From assembly GCA_964549305.1 (NCBI GenBank), contig CAZJVM010000020.1:1-41263 (forward strand): a DNA stretch of 41,263 bases, given 5' to 3'. Made by a program: the position numbers and the translations under genes. Source of the stretch: an uncultured bacterium (lineage in GTDB: Bacteria; Schekmanbacteria; GWA2-38-11; J061). This document shows, in pieces, positions 20,783-29,488 of this stretch. The stretch's first letter is position 1; every line of letters begins with the position of its first letter. Under the pieces are notes generated by a model that was not told the origin of the DNA, did not search any database, and saw only the letters and a list, made by a program, of their open reading frames with translations.

Positions 20783-22012
20783 ATGTCTGTTTACGAATAC
20801 AAGGCTATTAATCCGAAGGGAAAAAATATTACCGGCATAATAAACGCCGAGTCTTCCGGTGATGCGCGCCTTAAGATAAAGAAGCTTAATTATTTTCTTA
20901 CATCCATAAAGGAAGTAGATTCCGATAATGGCGCAGAAAGCGATTCGCGGATTTCAGGGATTAAAAATATTTTCAACTGGGTTAAGCCGCAGGATATAGC
21001 CCTGTTTTCAAGACAGATGTCAACGCTTCTTCAGGCCGGACTTCCCCTTATAGATGCCCTGAGTGCCCTAATAGAGCAGTTTGAAGATTCCGGCTTAAAA
21101 AGAGTGCTTTTGCAGATAAGGGAGAAGGTAAACGAAGGGTCTTCCCTTGCAGACGCCCTTGCGGAGCACAAAAGATATTTCTCACCCCTTTATGTGGGAA
21201 TGGTAAGGTCCGGAGAAGCGAGCGGCGCGCTGGCGGTTGTGCTTACGCGCCTTGCCGAGTTTCTTGAAAAGCAGTCTGAACTTAACAGTAAAATTCGCAG
21301 CACCCTTGCATATCCCGTTATTATGGCCTTTGTAGGTTTTGCCATTTTGGGTTTTCTTTTTGCCTACGTAATACCGAAAGTTACGGCAATATTCGAGCAA
21401 ACCAATCAGGCTCTACCCCTGCCGACATTGATACTGATAAAACTTTCCGTTATTCTCAGAGATTACTGGTATCTTATTATTCTTGCCCTTGCTGTTTTCT
21501 TTTTTGTCTTCAGGTCTTTTATCAATTCGGATAAGGGAAGATTGTGGTTTGATTCCTTTAAGCTCAAAATTCCCGTAATTGGAAGTCTCATTCACAAGGT
21601 GGCGCTATCGCGTTTTTCCAGGACACTCGGGACAATGCTGAAAAGCGGAATTCCCATACTTTATTGCATGGATATAGTAAAGAATGTGGTCAATAACAAG
21701 CTTTTGAGCAATACCATAGAAGAAGCAAAGGAAGACATCTCGGAAGGAAAGGAAATTGCCATGCCGCTTAAGCGAAGCGGTCTTTTCCCGCCTATAGTAA
21801 CCCATATGATTGCCACGGGAGAGAGAAGCGGACAGCTTGAAGATATGCTGCTGAAAGTGTCGGACAGTCTTGATTCGGAAACGGATTCCACGATTAAGGC
21901 GTTGACATCTCTTCTTGAGCCAATAATGATTCTGGCAATGGGAGGTGTCGTGGGTTTCATAGTCATTGCCATTCTTTTGCCAATATTTGAAATGACGAGA
22001 GGTATAAAATAA
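20783..22012 (+). CDS. gspF: Type II secretion inner-membrane platform protein GspF
   Basis: Duplicated GspF domains: EGSSLADAL, GEASG.L, LAYP, GERSGQL, LLEP, ILLPI. Confidence 0.95.
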   Translation: MSVYEYKAINPKGKNITGIINAESSGDARLKIKKLNYFLTSIKEVDSDNGAESDSRISGIKNIFNWVKPQDIALFSRQMSTLLQAGLPLIDALSALIEQFEDSGLKRVLLQIREKVNEGSSLADALAEHKRYFSPLYVGMVRSGEASGALAVVLTRLAEFLEKQSELNSKIRSTLAYPVIMAFVGFAILGFLFAYVIPKVTAIFEQTNQALPLPTLILIKLSVILRDYWYLIILALAVFFFVFRSFINSDKGRLWFDSFKLKIPVIGSLIHKVALSRFSRTLGTMLKSGIPILYCMDIVKNVVNNKLLSNTIEEAKEDISEGKEIAMPLKRSGLFPPIVTHMIATGERSGQLEDMLLKVSDSLDSETDSTIKALTSLLEPIMILAMGGVVGFIVIAILLPIFEMTRGIK

Positions 22013-22034
22013 TTTTGTAAAGGGAGATTTTAAA

Positions 22035-22484
22035 ATGAGAAGAGAAGGTAATAAATTTCGAATCGATGACAGAGGATTTACCCTCATAGAAATAATGGTT
22101 GTTGTGGTTATTATCGGAATCCTTGCCACGCTAATCGGCACCGCTGTAATAGGCAGAATAGACGATGCCAACATTGCCAAGGTGAAGAGCGATATCTCCA
22201 CTATGAGTTCGGCCCTGCAGCTTTACAAAATGGATAACGGCGATTATCCCACTTCGGAGGAAGGACTTGAAGCGCTGATAAGAAAGCCTTCCGGCGCGCG
22301 CAACTGGAATAAAGGCGGTTATATTGAAGGCGGAAAAATTCCGAAAGACCCCTGGGATAACGATTACAACTATCTTTCACCGGGAGTGAATAATACAGAT
22401 TATGACCTTTGGTCTAACGGAAAGGATACAATTTTCGGAACGAATGATGATATTGAAAGCTGGAATATCGATAAGGATTTTTAA
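22035..22484 (+). CDS. gspG: Major pseudopilin GspG
   Basis: G|FTLIEIMVVVVIIGIL, ALQLYKMDNG.YP...GL.AL, PKDPW. Confidence 0.95.
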   Translation: MRREGNKFRIDDRGFTLIEIMVVVVIIGILATLIGTAVIGRIDDANIAKVKSDISTMSSALQLYKMDNGDYPTSEEGLEALIRKPSGARNWNKGGYIEGGKIPKDPWDNDYNYLSPGVNNTDYDLWSNGKDTIFGTNDDIESWNIDKDF

Positions 22485-22996
22485 TGCGCCGGAGAAGTTA
22501 CGGTTTTACTCTCATTGAATTAAGTGTCATTATTTTCATTATTGGCATTATGGGGCTACTTGTTTTTCCTAAACTCGAGCAGAGGCTTTTTGATACCGAA
22601 TATAAATCTTCGTTAAGAAGAATAAGCAACGATGTGAAGGAAGTGTTTAATATTGCGGCAATCAAGGGAGTGACCTACTATTTCGTTTTTGACCTTGATA
22701 AAGAAATCTACTGGGTTACTCTGCCCGACGCGGAAGGAAATATTTCCGATGATGCCGATACCCATCTTTTGCATAAAGCTATGCCCAAAGGCGTTGACAT
22801 TGTAGACATCGAATACGGAAGCAGAGATTTTACGGAGGGAAGAAATATCATATTGTTTTCGCCAACGGGACTTGAAGGAAAATATTATATTCATCTTAAA
22901 AGAAAAAAGGATAAAATTACTCTTATAATATACCCTCTTACAGGGAAGGTCAGAATTGTTGACGGATTTAAAAGCCCCGGAGGCAGAGATAGGTGA
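22484..22996 (+). CDS. gspH: Minor pseudopilin, GspH-like
   Basis: G|FTLIE prepilin motif; F.P.G motif; position after gspG. Confidence 0.75.
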   Translation: MRRRSYGFTLIELSVIIFIIGIMGLLVFPKLEQRLFDTEYKSSLRRISNDVKEVFNIAAIKGVTYYFVFDLDKEIYWVTLPDAEGNISDDADTHLLHKAMPKGVDIVDIEYGSRDFTEGRNIILFSPTGLEGKYYIHLKRKKDKITLIIYPLTGKVRIVDGFKSPGGRDR

Positions 22997-23415
22997 GGAA
23001 GAAAATGAGTAAAAAATATATTGAAAAGAAAGGATTTACCTTTCTTGAAATTATGGTTGCTCTTGCCATTCTTTCCATAGCCCTCATTGCGTCTTTACGT
23101 GCTCAATCGCAGAGCATAAGAATGGCGGCGGAAATGGCGGAGAAGGTTAAGGTTGTTAATATGGCACGGATGAAGATGGCTGAAACGGAGATGTACGGTT
23201 TTCCCGACACGGGCGAGCAAGAGGGTGAATTCGATGATTATCCGGGTTTCAGGTGGAAGGTTGAAGTGAAACCGGTATCAAGCTCGTTGCTCGGAATCAA
23301 CGCGGGGAATCTAAACCTTTCTTTTGATGAACTTCGGCAGGTACACCTTACGATTTATGATGAAGACAAGGACAATATTCTTTTTGAAATGGATTCACTT
23401 GTCGCAAAAAAATAA
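22993..23415 (+). CDS. gspI: Minor pseudopilin, GspI-like (alternative ATG at 23005)
   Basis: G|FTFLEIMVALAIL, FRWKVEV; size and position. Confidence 0.78.
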   Translation: MRKKMSKKYIEKKGFTFLEIMVALAILSIALIASLRAQSQSIRMAAEMAEKVKVVNMARMKMAETEMYGFPDTGEQEGEFDDYPGFRWKVEVKPVSSSLLGINAGNLNLSFDELRQVHLTIYDEDKDNILFEMDSLVAKK

Positions 23416-23439
23416 TAAGGATTCCTACATATTTGAAAA

Positions 23440-24135
23440 ATGAAAAAGGCCTGTAGATTCTGCCACGGAAACAGAGAAGCGTTTACACTGCTTGAATTAG
23501 TAGTTGCAATTACCATTTTATCGATAATCACTTCCTTTATTTACGGAGTATACACGGGAAGCGTTCGCACCATAGACAAGACAAGCGAAAAGGCGGAACT
23601 TTATAACCGCGCGAGACTCGTACTTGACAGAATGGCGAACGAGTTAACTTCGGCGGCAACTTCAGTTTACGAACCTGATGAACCCTATGAAGCCTTTTTT
23701 ATGGGAATCGATGATAAAAAGAGCGGTATAGATTATGACGATATTGCCTTTGTCACAAGAGCAAACAGAGGAAGTTACTCTTTTAACGGTAGGCCGTCAC
23801 TTACAAGGATAGAATACTATTTGGATATGAAAAGAGGGGAAAGGAAAAAAAACAAAAGCGAGAGAAAATATACTCTTTACAGAATAGAAGATGTCATTTT
23901 TCATTTAGAAGATTTGGATCCTGATAAAGAAGAAGAATTTGTAGATGACTGCAGAGGGCTTAATTTTGAATATCTCACGAAAAGAGGTTGGGTCGATGAA
24001 TGGGATGATATAGATGGCGGAAAACAGCAAAAGGGGAAAATTCCCGATGCGGTAAGGATAAAACTAACCCTTGCAGATAAGGGAGGTAATGAAGTCAAAC
24101 TTACAACAATTGTGGATTTGCCGTGCAGTCGCTAA
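23440..24135 (+). CDS. gspJ: Minor pseudopilin, GspJ-like
   Basis: A|FTLLELVVAI, IEYYL, W.DEWD, P.AVRI.L C-terminal pattern. Confidence 0.78.
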   Translation: MKKACRFCHGNREAFTLLELVVAITILSIITSFIYGVYTGSVRTIDKTSEKAELYNRARLVLDRMANELTSAATSVYEPDEPYEAFFMGIDDKKSGIDYDDIAFVTRANRGSYSFNGRPSLTRIEYYLDMKRGERKKNKSERKYTLYRIEDVIFHLEDLDPDKEEEFVDDCRGLNFEYLTKRGWVDEWDDIDGGKQQKGKIPDAVRIKLTLADKGGNEVKLTTIVDLPCSR

Positions 24136-25253
24136 GGGAAAATAAATATTTTAAAGGAAACAGGCAGGGCTTTGCCATTGCGATAGTCCTTCTTGTAACT
24201 ACTCTCGTAATTGTGCTTTCTCTTGAATTTAATTATGAGATGAGGGTTGATGCCAATATCACACTTCACTCAATGGATTCGCTAAAGGCATATTATCTTG
24301 CAAAATCAGGTGTTGAGGCGGGTATTTTTGTCCTTCGGATGGACTTCAAGAAAGATGCCGATAATAAAAAATATGTCGATTATTTAAATGAGCAGTGGAA
24401 TATCCCTTCCGTTTCCATTCCTCTGGGCAAAGGATCCATTACGGGAAGTATTTCAGATGAAAGCGGAAAGATTAACCTCAACTATTTCATTCCGGAAGAT
24501 ATGAATAAGAAGAAAGGTAAAGAGGAATCCGGGGATGAGCAAAAGATGCATATAGTGAGAAGAGTGTTTGAAGGACTTAGCGTAAAGCCCGAAGAAGGGG
24601 CAGATGAAATAGCCCACGCGCTTCTTGATTGGAGAGGTGCCATAGCAGATGACGCTTTGGATGCATATTATTCTAATCTCGAAGAATCTTATTTTGAGCA
24701 TGAGAGTTTTTTTGAAGACACTTCTGAGTTACTGCTGGTTAAGGGAATAACAAAAGATATATATTTCCAGAGAAAAAAATCGGATACGCAAAAGGTGTCC
24801 GGTGAACTTTCCGGTAATGGTGGTAAAGAAAAAAGTAAGAAAAAAAAAGAAGTAAAAGCTTTTTATTCTTTGGAAAAGTTATTTACCGTTTACGGTGAAA
24901 ATCCTGATAACAATAAATATAAAATTAATATAAACACGGCGCCGAAAGCGGTTTTGAGGGCGTTGCATTCGGAAATGGATGAGAGTCTTGTGGAAAGAAT
25001 TGCGGAAAGGCAGGCAAGTTCAGACCCCTTTGCCTCCGTTGCCGAAGTTGGCAAAGAGGAAGGATTGGAAACGGTATTCAATGACCAGAAAGACGGCCTG
25101 AAAGGAATTAAAAATATTATAGATGTAAAGAGCTATACCTTCAGAATTATTTCAACGGGAAGGTTCGGCGGGATATCGAAAACAGTAGAAGCAATAGTTT
25201 ATAGAAGTCCTTCTGATGGTTCCATAAACATCAAATCATGGTCTGTATTCTAA
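24123..25253 (+). CDS. gspK: Minor pseudopilin GspK
   Basis: G|FAIAIVL without Glu5, AYYLAKSG, ISDESGKINLN, ELLLVKG, KININTA. Confidence 0.88.
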   Translation: MQSLRENKYFKGNRQGFAIAIVLLVTTLVIVLSLEFNYEMRVDANITLHSMDSLKAYYLAKSGVEAGIFVLRMDFKKDADNKKYVDYLNEQWNIPSVSIPLGKGSITGSISDESGKINLNYFIPEDMNKKKGKEESGDEQKMHIVRRVFEGLSVKPEEGADEIAHALLDWRGAIADDALDAYYSNLEESYFEHESFFEDTSELLLVKGITKDIYFQRKKSDTQKVSGELSGNGGKEKSKKKKEVKAFYSLEKLFTVYGENPDNNKYKININTAPKAVLRALHSEMDESLVERIAERQASSDPFASVAEVGKEEGLETVFNDQKDGLKGIKNIIDVKSYTFRIISTGRFGGISKTVEAIVYRSPSDGSINIKSWSVF

Positions 25254-25394
25254 AATAGATAATTATATTTTTTTCTCATTAATTATCTCAAATAACCGAT
25301 TTTGAACTCCGTTGTTTTTGGTAAAAAATAATGAAGTATTTGTTTTGTTAATGCCGTTGAGGTTATTTGTTTATGGAAAGAAAGAGGTTGCCAT

Positions 25395-26471
25395 ATGTCT
25401 GACTCAGCATTTGCAAAAGTAATTGTGGTAGATGATGAAAAAGTGGTAAGAGATTCAGTCTCACTTCTTCTTGACAGGGAAAAATATCGCGTATCGGTTT
25501 TTTCTTCCGCCTTCGATGCTCTCGGGGAAATAAAACAAAATAATGTTGATCTGATTCTTTCGGATATAAAGATGCCGGGTTTGTCGGGAATTCAGTTTCT
25601 AACAAAAATCAGAACTATGAATAAGGATGTGCCCGTAATTCTCATGACCGGATTTCCTGAAATGGATATGGCGTTAAAAGCCATTAAAGCGGGTGCCTTT
25701 GATTTTATTGTAAAACCTTTCAGACACGATTACCTTAAGGCTTCCGTGGATAAGGCGGTGGAATATTATCGTCTGGTTAAGTTTGAAAAACAGTACAAGT
25801 ATTCTCTCGAGAAAACTATTCAGCAAAAAACCGAAGAACTTCACAAAGCTCTCGATAGCTTGAAAACAGTAAGCCGTGAGCTTGTACAGAGACTGGGAGT
25901 CGCGGCGGAATACAGGGATCAGGAAACGGGTGATCATATTTCACGAATCGGGCTTTATGCAGGTGCCATTTCAAAGGAAATGAAATTGAGCGGAGATTTT
26001 GTTGAGAGCATATCCGTTGCAAGTAAAATGCACGATATAGGTAAAGTGGGAATTCCTGACGCAATCCTTCTGAAGAAAGGACCTCTTTCAAAGGAAGAGT
26101 TCGAGATTATGAGAACTCATACCGTTATCGGCGATGACATAATGGGGCATTCCGTCAACAAAATAATGCAAATGGCTTCATCCATAGCCCTGAATCACCA
26201 CGAAAAATGGAACGGGTCCGGATATCCGAGAGGAATTTCAGGCGACGATATTCCAATTGAGGGAAGAATTGTCATGATTTGCGACCAGTACGATGCATTG
26301 AGAAGCCAACGGCCATACAAGTCAGCTCTTCCTCATAGGGAAGCCGCAAGAATAATTACAGAAGGAGACGGCAAAACGAACCCCGAAAAAGATTTTGATC
26401 CCGACGTTTTGCGTGCTTTTAAAAATGTTGTTCAGGGATTCAATGAAATCTTCGAGTCCAACAAGGAATGA
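25395..26471 (+). CDS. Response regulator with HD-GYP cyclic-dinucleotide phosphodiesterase domain (RpfG-like)
   Basis: REC: VVDDE, SDIKMPG, MTG, KPF; HD-GYP: AEYRD.ETGDH, HDIGK, HHEKWNGSGYP, DQYDAL..RPYK. Confidence 0.93.
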   Translation: MSDSAFAKVIVVDDEKVVRDSVSLLLDREKYRVSVFSSAFDALGEIKQNNVDLILSDIKMPGLSGIQFLTKIRTMNKDVPVILMTGFPEMDMALKAIKAGAFDFIVKPFRHDYLKASVDKAVEYYRLVKFEKQYKYSLEKTIQQKTEELHKALDSLKTVSRELVQRLGVAAEYRDQETGDHISRIGLYAGAISKEMKLSGDFVESISVASKMHDIGKVGIPDAILLKKGPLSKEEFEIMRTHTVIGDDIMGHSVNKIMQMASSIALNHHEKWNGSGYPRGISGDDIPIEGRIVMICDQYDALRSQRPYKSALPHREAARIITEGDGKTNPEKDFDPDVLRAFKNVVQGFNEIFESNKE

Positions 26472-26558
26472 CATTCCTTTCCTCTACTTTTTGTAAATCT
26501 GTAAGTTTGCTTCAGGAAATTGTTTGAAGATATTCCAGCGTGGTTTCATTTTTAAATA

Positions 26559-27425
26559 TTAGAGTCCGGATTTTTCGATTATTTCGGGAATCAGATTTTC
26601 CCAACCCAAAGCCATAATATGAATTCCCTGACACTTGCCTTTCACTTCTTTTACGATAGAAACGGCTATGTCCACTGATTCTTTTTTCTTGTCTTCCGCT
26701 TTTTCCATTCTTTCAATAATTGATTCAGGCACTTTAATTCCGGCAATTTGCTTGTTCATAAAATGAGCCATTTTTGCAGATTTAAGAAGAAGTATACCTG
26801 CCATTACAGGCACATTCAGGTCATTAATAGAATCCATCATTCCATTGAAATCTTCCGAATCGAAAACTGCCTGAGTCTGGAAAAATTTTGCTCCTGCCTG
26901 AACTTTCTTTTCTATTTTTATCCTTTCAAGCTCAATTATATCCGCCGAAGGGTTTAAAACTGCGCCCGGGCATATTGAAAGACTTTTATTTAGCTCATTC
27001 CCGGCCATATCTTTTCCGTTGTTAAGCGTTTCTATTGTCTGTAAAAGCTGAACGGAATCAAGGTCAAAAACCGCTTTAGCGTCTTCGTGGTCCCCTAAAA
27101 CAGGGTGGTCTCCCGTTATGGCAAGGACATTTTCGATGCCGAGAATTCCCGCGTTCAACAAGTCTGACTGAAGGGCGATGCGGTTTCTGTCCCTGCATGC
27201 CAATTGAAAAATCGGTTCGAGTTTCCTTTCTTTCAATATGATGCATCCAATAAGGGAACCAGCCCTCATTACAGCGCTTTGCTGGTCAGTTACATTGAAC
27301 AGGTGAACAACATCTTTTAGAAGGTCCGCATTCTTAATGAAGACTTCCGTATCCGTTCCTTTGGGAGGTTCTATTTCAGCAGTTGTTACGAATGTGCCTT
27401 TTTCAAATAATTCCGTTATTTTCAT
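26559..27425 (-). CDS. metF: Methylenetetrahydrofolate reductase, flavoprotein subunit
   Basis: EIEPPKG, NVTD, CRDRNRIALQSDLL, LAITGD, VFDLDS, GAKFFQTQ, GIHIM. Confidence 0.92.
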   Translation of the reverse strand: MKITELFEKGTFVTTAEIEPPKGTDTEVFIKNADLLKDVVHLFNVTDQQSAVMRAGSLIGCIILKERKLEPIFQLACRDRNRIALQSDLLNAGILGIENVLAITGDHPVLGDHEDAKAVFDLDSVQLLQTIETLNNGKDMAGNELNKSLSICPGAVLNPSADIIELERIKIEKKVQAGAKFFQTQAVFDSEDFNGMMDSINDLNVPVMAGILLLKSAKMAHFMNKQIAGIKVPESIIERMEKAEDKKKESVDIAVSIVKEVKGKCQGIHIMALGWENLIPEIIEKSGL

Positions 27426-27454
27426 TTTTGCGAAAGATTTATCCGGTTATTGTG

Positions 27455-28123
27455 TTAAAGCATTGCGTCTTCTCTGATAATTTTTCTTGGAATCCCGTTG
27501 TCTTTTTGCCCTCTTTTTCTTGAACTTTGAATTTCGCGGATTTGTTCGAGTTTGTTCAATTCTTTGAGTCTTCTGTATATGAGGTGCCAAACGCAGTCTA
27601 TTTCCTGATTGACTTCGCATTTTTCGTTTTTACTTCCCCCGCAGGGTCCGTTAAGAAGACTTTTCGAACATCTGGCCATTGGGCAAAAACCGCCTGTTAT
27701 TCCAAGCAGGCAGTCTCCGCAAGACCTGCAGGTTTCTTTCCATATTCCGTGTTCGGCAGGCGCACCTATAAATGTAGTATTGAGTCCCGGATATGTAATT
27801 ATTTCAGGATAGTTTTCCGTTAAAGTTTGTGCTCCGATACCGCAGGCAAGAGATACGATGGCATCATTTTTACCAATCAATGGTTTTATTTCTTCATTGA
27901 ATTCTTTTTCACACTGTCTTTCAACTGTAATTTCAGTGATTTCAAGCTCTTTTCCCTGAAGTTTTCTTGCAAGCTTCAGCGCGCCTGCAATTACCTTGAC
28001 CTGTTTTTCTCCTCCGGCAAGACAAACGGCAACACAAGTGCCGCACCCCGCAATGACTATACGGTTGCAGTCTTCAATCATTGCAAGAATTTCTCTTACA
28101 GGTTTTCTTTCTCCTATAATCAT
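27455..28123 (-). CDS. metV: MTHFR small Fe-S/Zn subunit (MetV)
   Basis: GCGTCVAVC.AGG, RQCE, LACGIG, CRSCGDC, CP.ARC.KSLLNGPCGG, CEV, CVW; directly upstream of metF. Confidence 0.9.
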   Translation of the reverse strand: MIIGERKPVREILAMIEDCNRIVIAGCGTCVAVCLAGGEKQVKVIAGALKLARKLQGKELEITEITVERQCEKEFNEEIKPLIGKNDAIVSLACGIGAQTLTENYPEIITYPGLNTTFIGAPAEHGIWKETCRSCGDCLLGITGGFCPMARCSKSLLNGPCGGSKNEKCEVNQEIDCVWHLIYRRLKELNKLEQIREIQSSRKRGQKDNGIPRKIIREDAML

Positions 28124-28363
28124 TTTTGCTCCTGTGTTAAAACCTTTTGAAGAGTGGAAAAACTTTCAAATCCGGAAAACGTATAGAAGAGTTTGTTTAT
28201 CTAAAATAAGATTATTTATTTGTCAATTGTCATTATATTGACGCTTTAACTTTCCCTTGACTTGACTCTTTTTTCTGATAATTATGTTTTTTTTGTGTTT
28301 CCGGCTAAAAAAGATGATTAGACAGGTTGTTGTAAGGATTATTTAATTAGGGTGGGAGGATAA

Positions 28364-29488
28364 ATGCCGCAGAACAAAGATTTTTTGAAGGGGAAAGTGA
28401 TTGACCCCGAACCTATAAAATCGGACATTTCTGTATCTCAGCTTATCGAAAATCATTTAAACGCATACAACGGGGCAAGACTTCAGGAAGCATGTCTTCT
28501 TCTCACGCATAAAATTCTTAAAGAAAACGTAACGGTGGGTATAAGTCTTTCGGGCGCGCTCACTCCTGCCGGGCTTGGACGTTCCTGTATAATTCCAATG
28601 ATTGAGGCGGGTTTTATTGACTGGATTTCATCAACTGGGGCTAACCTTTATCATGACGCCCATTACGGGCTCGGACTGATGCTCCACCGGGGAAGCCCCT
28701 TTGTAGATGATGTGGCGCTCAGGAAAAATGATGTTGTCCGTATTTATGATATTTTGATGGACTTTGATGTGCTTCTTTCAACAGATAAATTTTTTACCAA
28801 AATTTTCAGAGATAAAGAATTCCAAAAACAGATGGGAACGGCTGAACTTCACCATCTCATAGGCAAATATCTGAGAGAAAGGGAGAAAGTATGCAATATG
28901 CCGGTTTCTACAATACTATCGGCGGCATATGAATATGAAGTGCCTGTATATACTCCTTCACCTGCAGACAGTTCAATAGGTCTCGCAGTAGCGGAGGAAA
29001 GTCTCGACGGTTGTAAACTCAACTTTGATGTAATCAGGGATATCAATGAAACCGCGGCAATTGTCCTTGACATTAAAAGGACGGGGGGAAAATCCGCGGT
29101 GATAATAATCGGCGGCGGCGCGCCAAAAAATTTCATGCTTCAGACGGAACCGCAGATACAGCAGTTTCTGGAATTGAAAGAGGAGGGACACGATTATTTT
29201 ATTCAAATAACCGATGCAAGACCCGATACAGGAGGGCTTTCGGGTGCCACTCCCGCTGAAGCCGTATCGTGGGGAAAAATCGATTATGAAATGCTTCCCA
29301 ATGCAATCGTATCATATATTGATTTTACCATTGCGCTTCCCCTTATGACTTCATATATAATGTCAAGGGCTGATAAGAGAAATCATAAACGGATTTATAG
29401 AAGAAGAAAAGAATTGCTTGATAAATTGAGCGAAGAATTTCTTGAAAATAGAAAAAGGCGAAGAAGCGGAGAAAATGAAGGTGAATAA
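28364..29488 (+). CDS. Deoxyhypusine-synthase-like protein (SpeY / homospermidine biosynthesis type)
   Basis: [49 protein letters not shown]. Confidence 0.9.
   Translation: MPQNKDFLKGKVIDPEPIKSDISVSQLIENHLNAYNGARLQEACLLLTHKILKENVTVGISLSGALTPAGLGRSCIIPMIEAGFIDWISSTGANLYHDAHYGLGLMLHRGSPFVDDVALRKNDVVRIYDILMDFDVLLSTDKFFTKIFRDKEFQKQMGTAELHHLIGKYLREREKVCNMPVSTILSAAYEYEVPVYTPSPADSSIGLAVAEESLDGCKLNFDVIRDINETAAIVLDIKRTGGKSAVIIIGGGAPKNFMLQTEPQIQQFLELKEEGHDYFIQITDARPDTGGLSGATPAEAVSWGKIDYEMLPNAIVSYIDFTIALPLMTSYIMSRADKRNHKRIYRRRKELLDKLSEEFLENRKRRRSGENEGE

Noticed and set aside
24780..24860. Lys-rich insertion with an A9 run in gspK as a phase-variation tract
   Set aside because: The frame is intact and similar A runs occur throughout; a low-complexity loop is the simpler explanation.
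28124..28363. SAM/THF/ZTP riboswitch in the metV / DHS-like divergent spacer
   Set aside because: Only an imperfect hairpin and back-to-back TTGAC-like hexamers (28221-28243); no riboswitch consensus or well-spaced -10 recognised. An Rfam scan would settle it.
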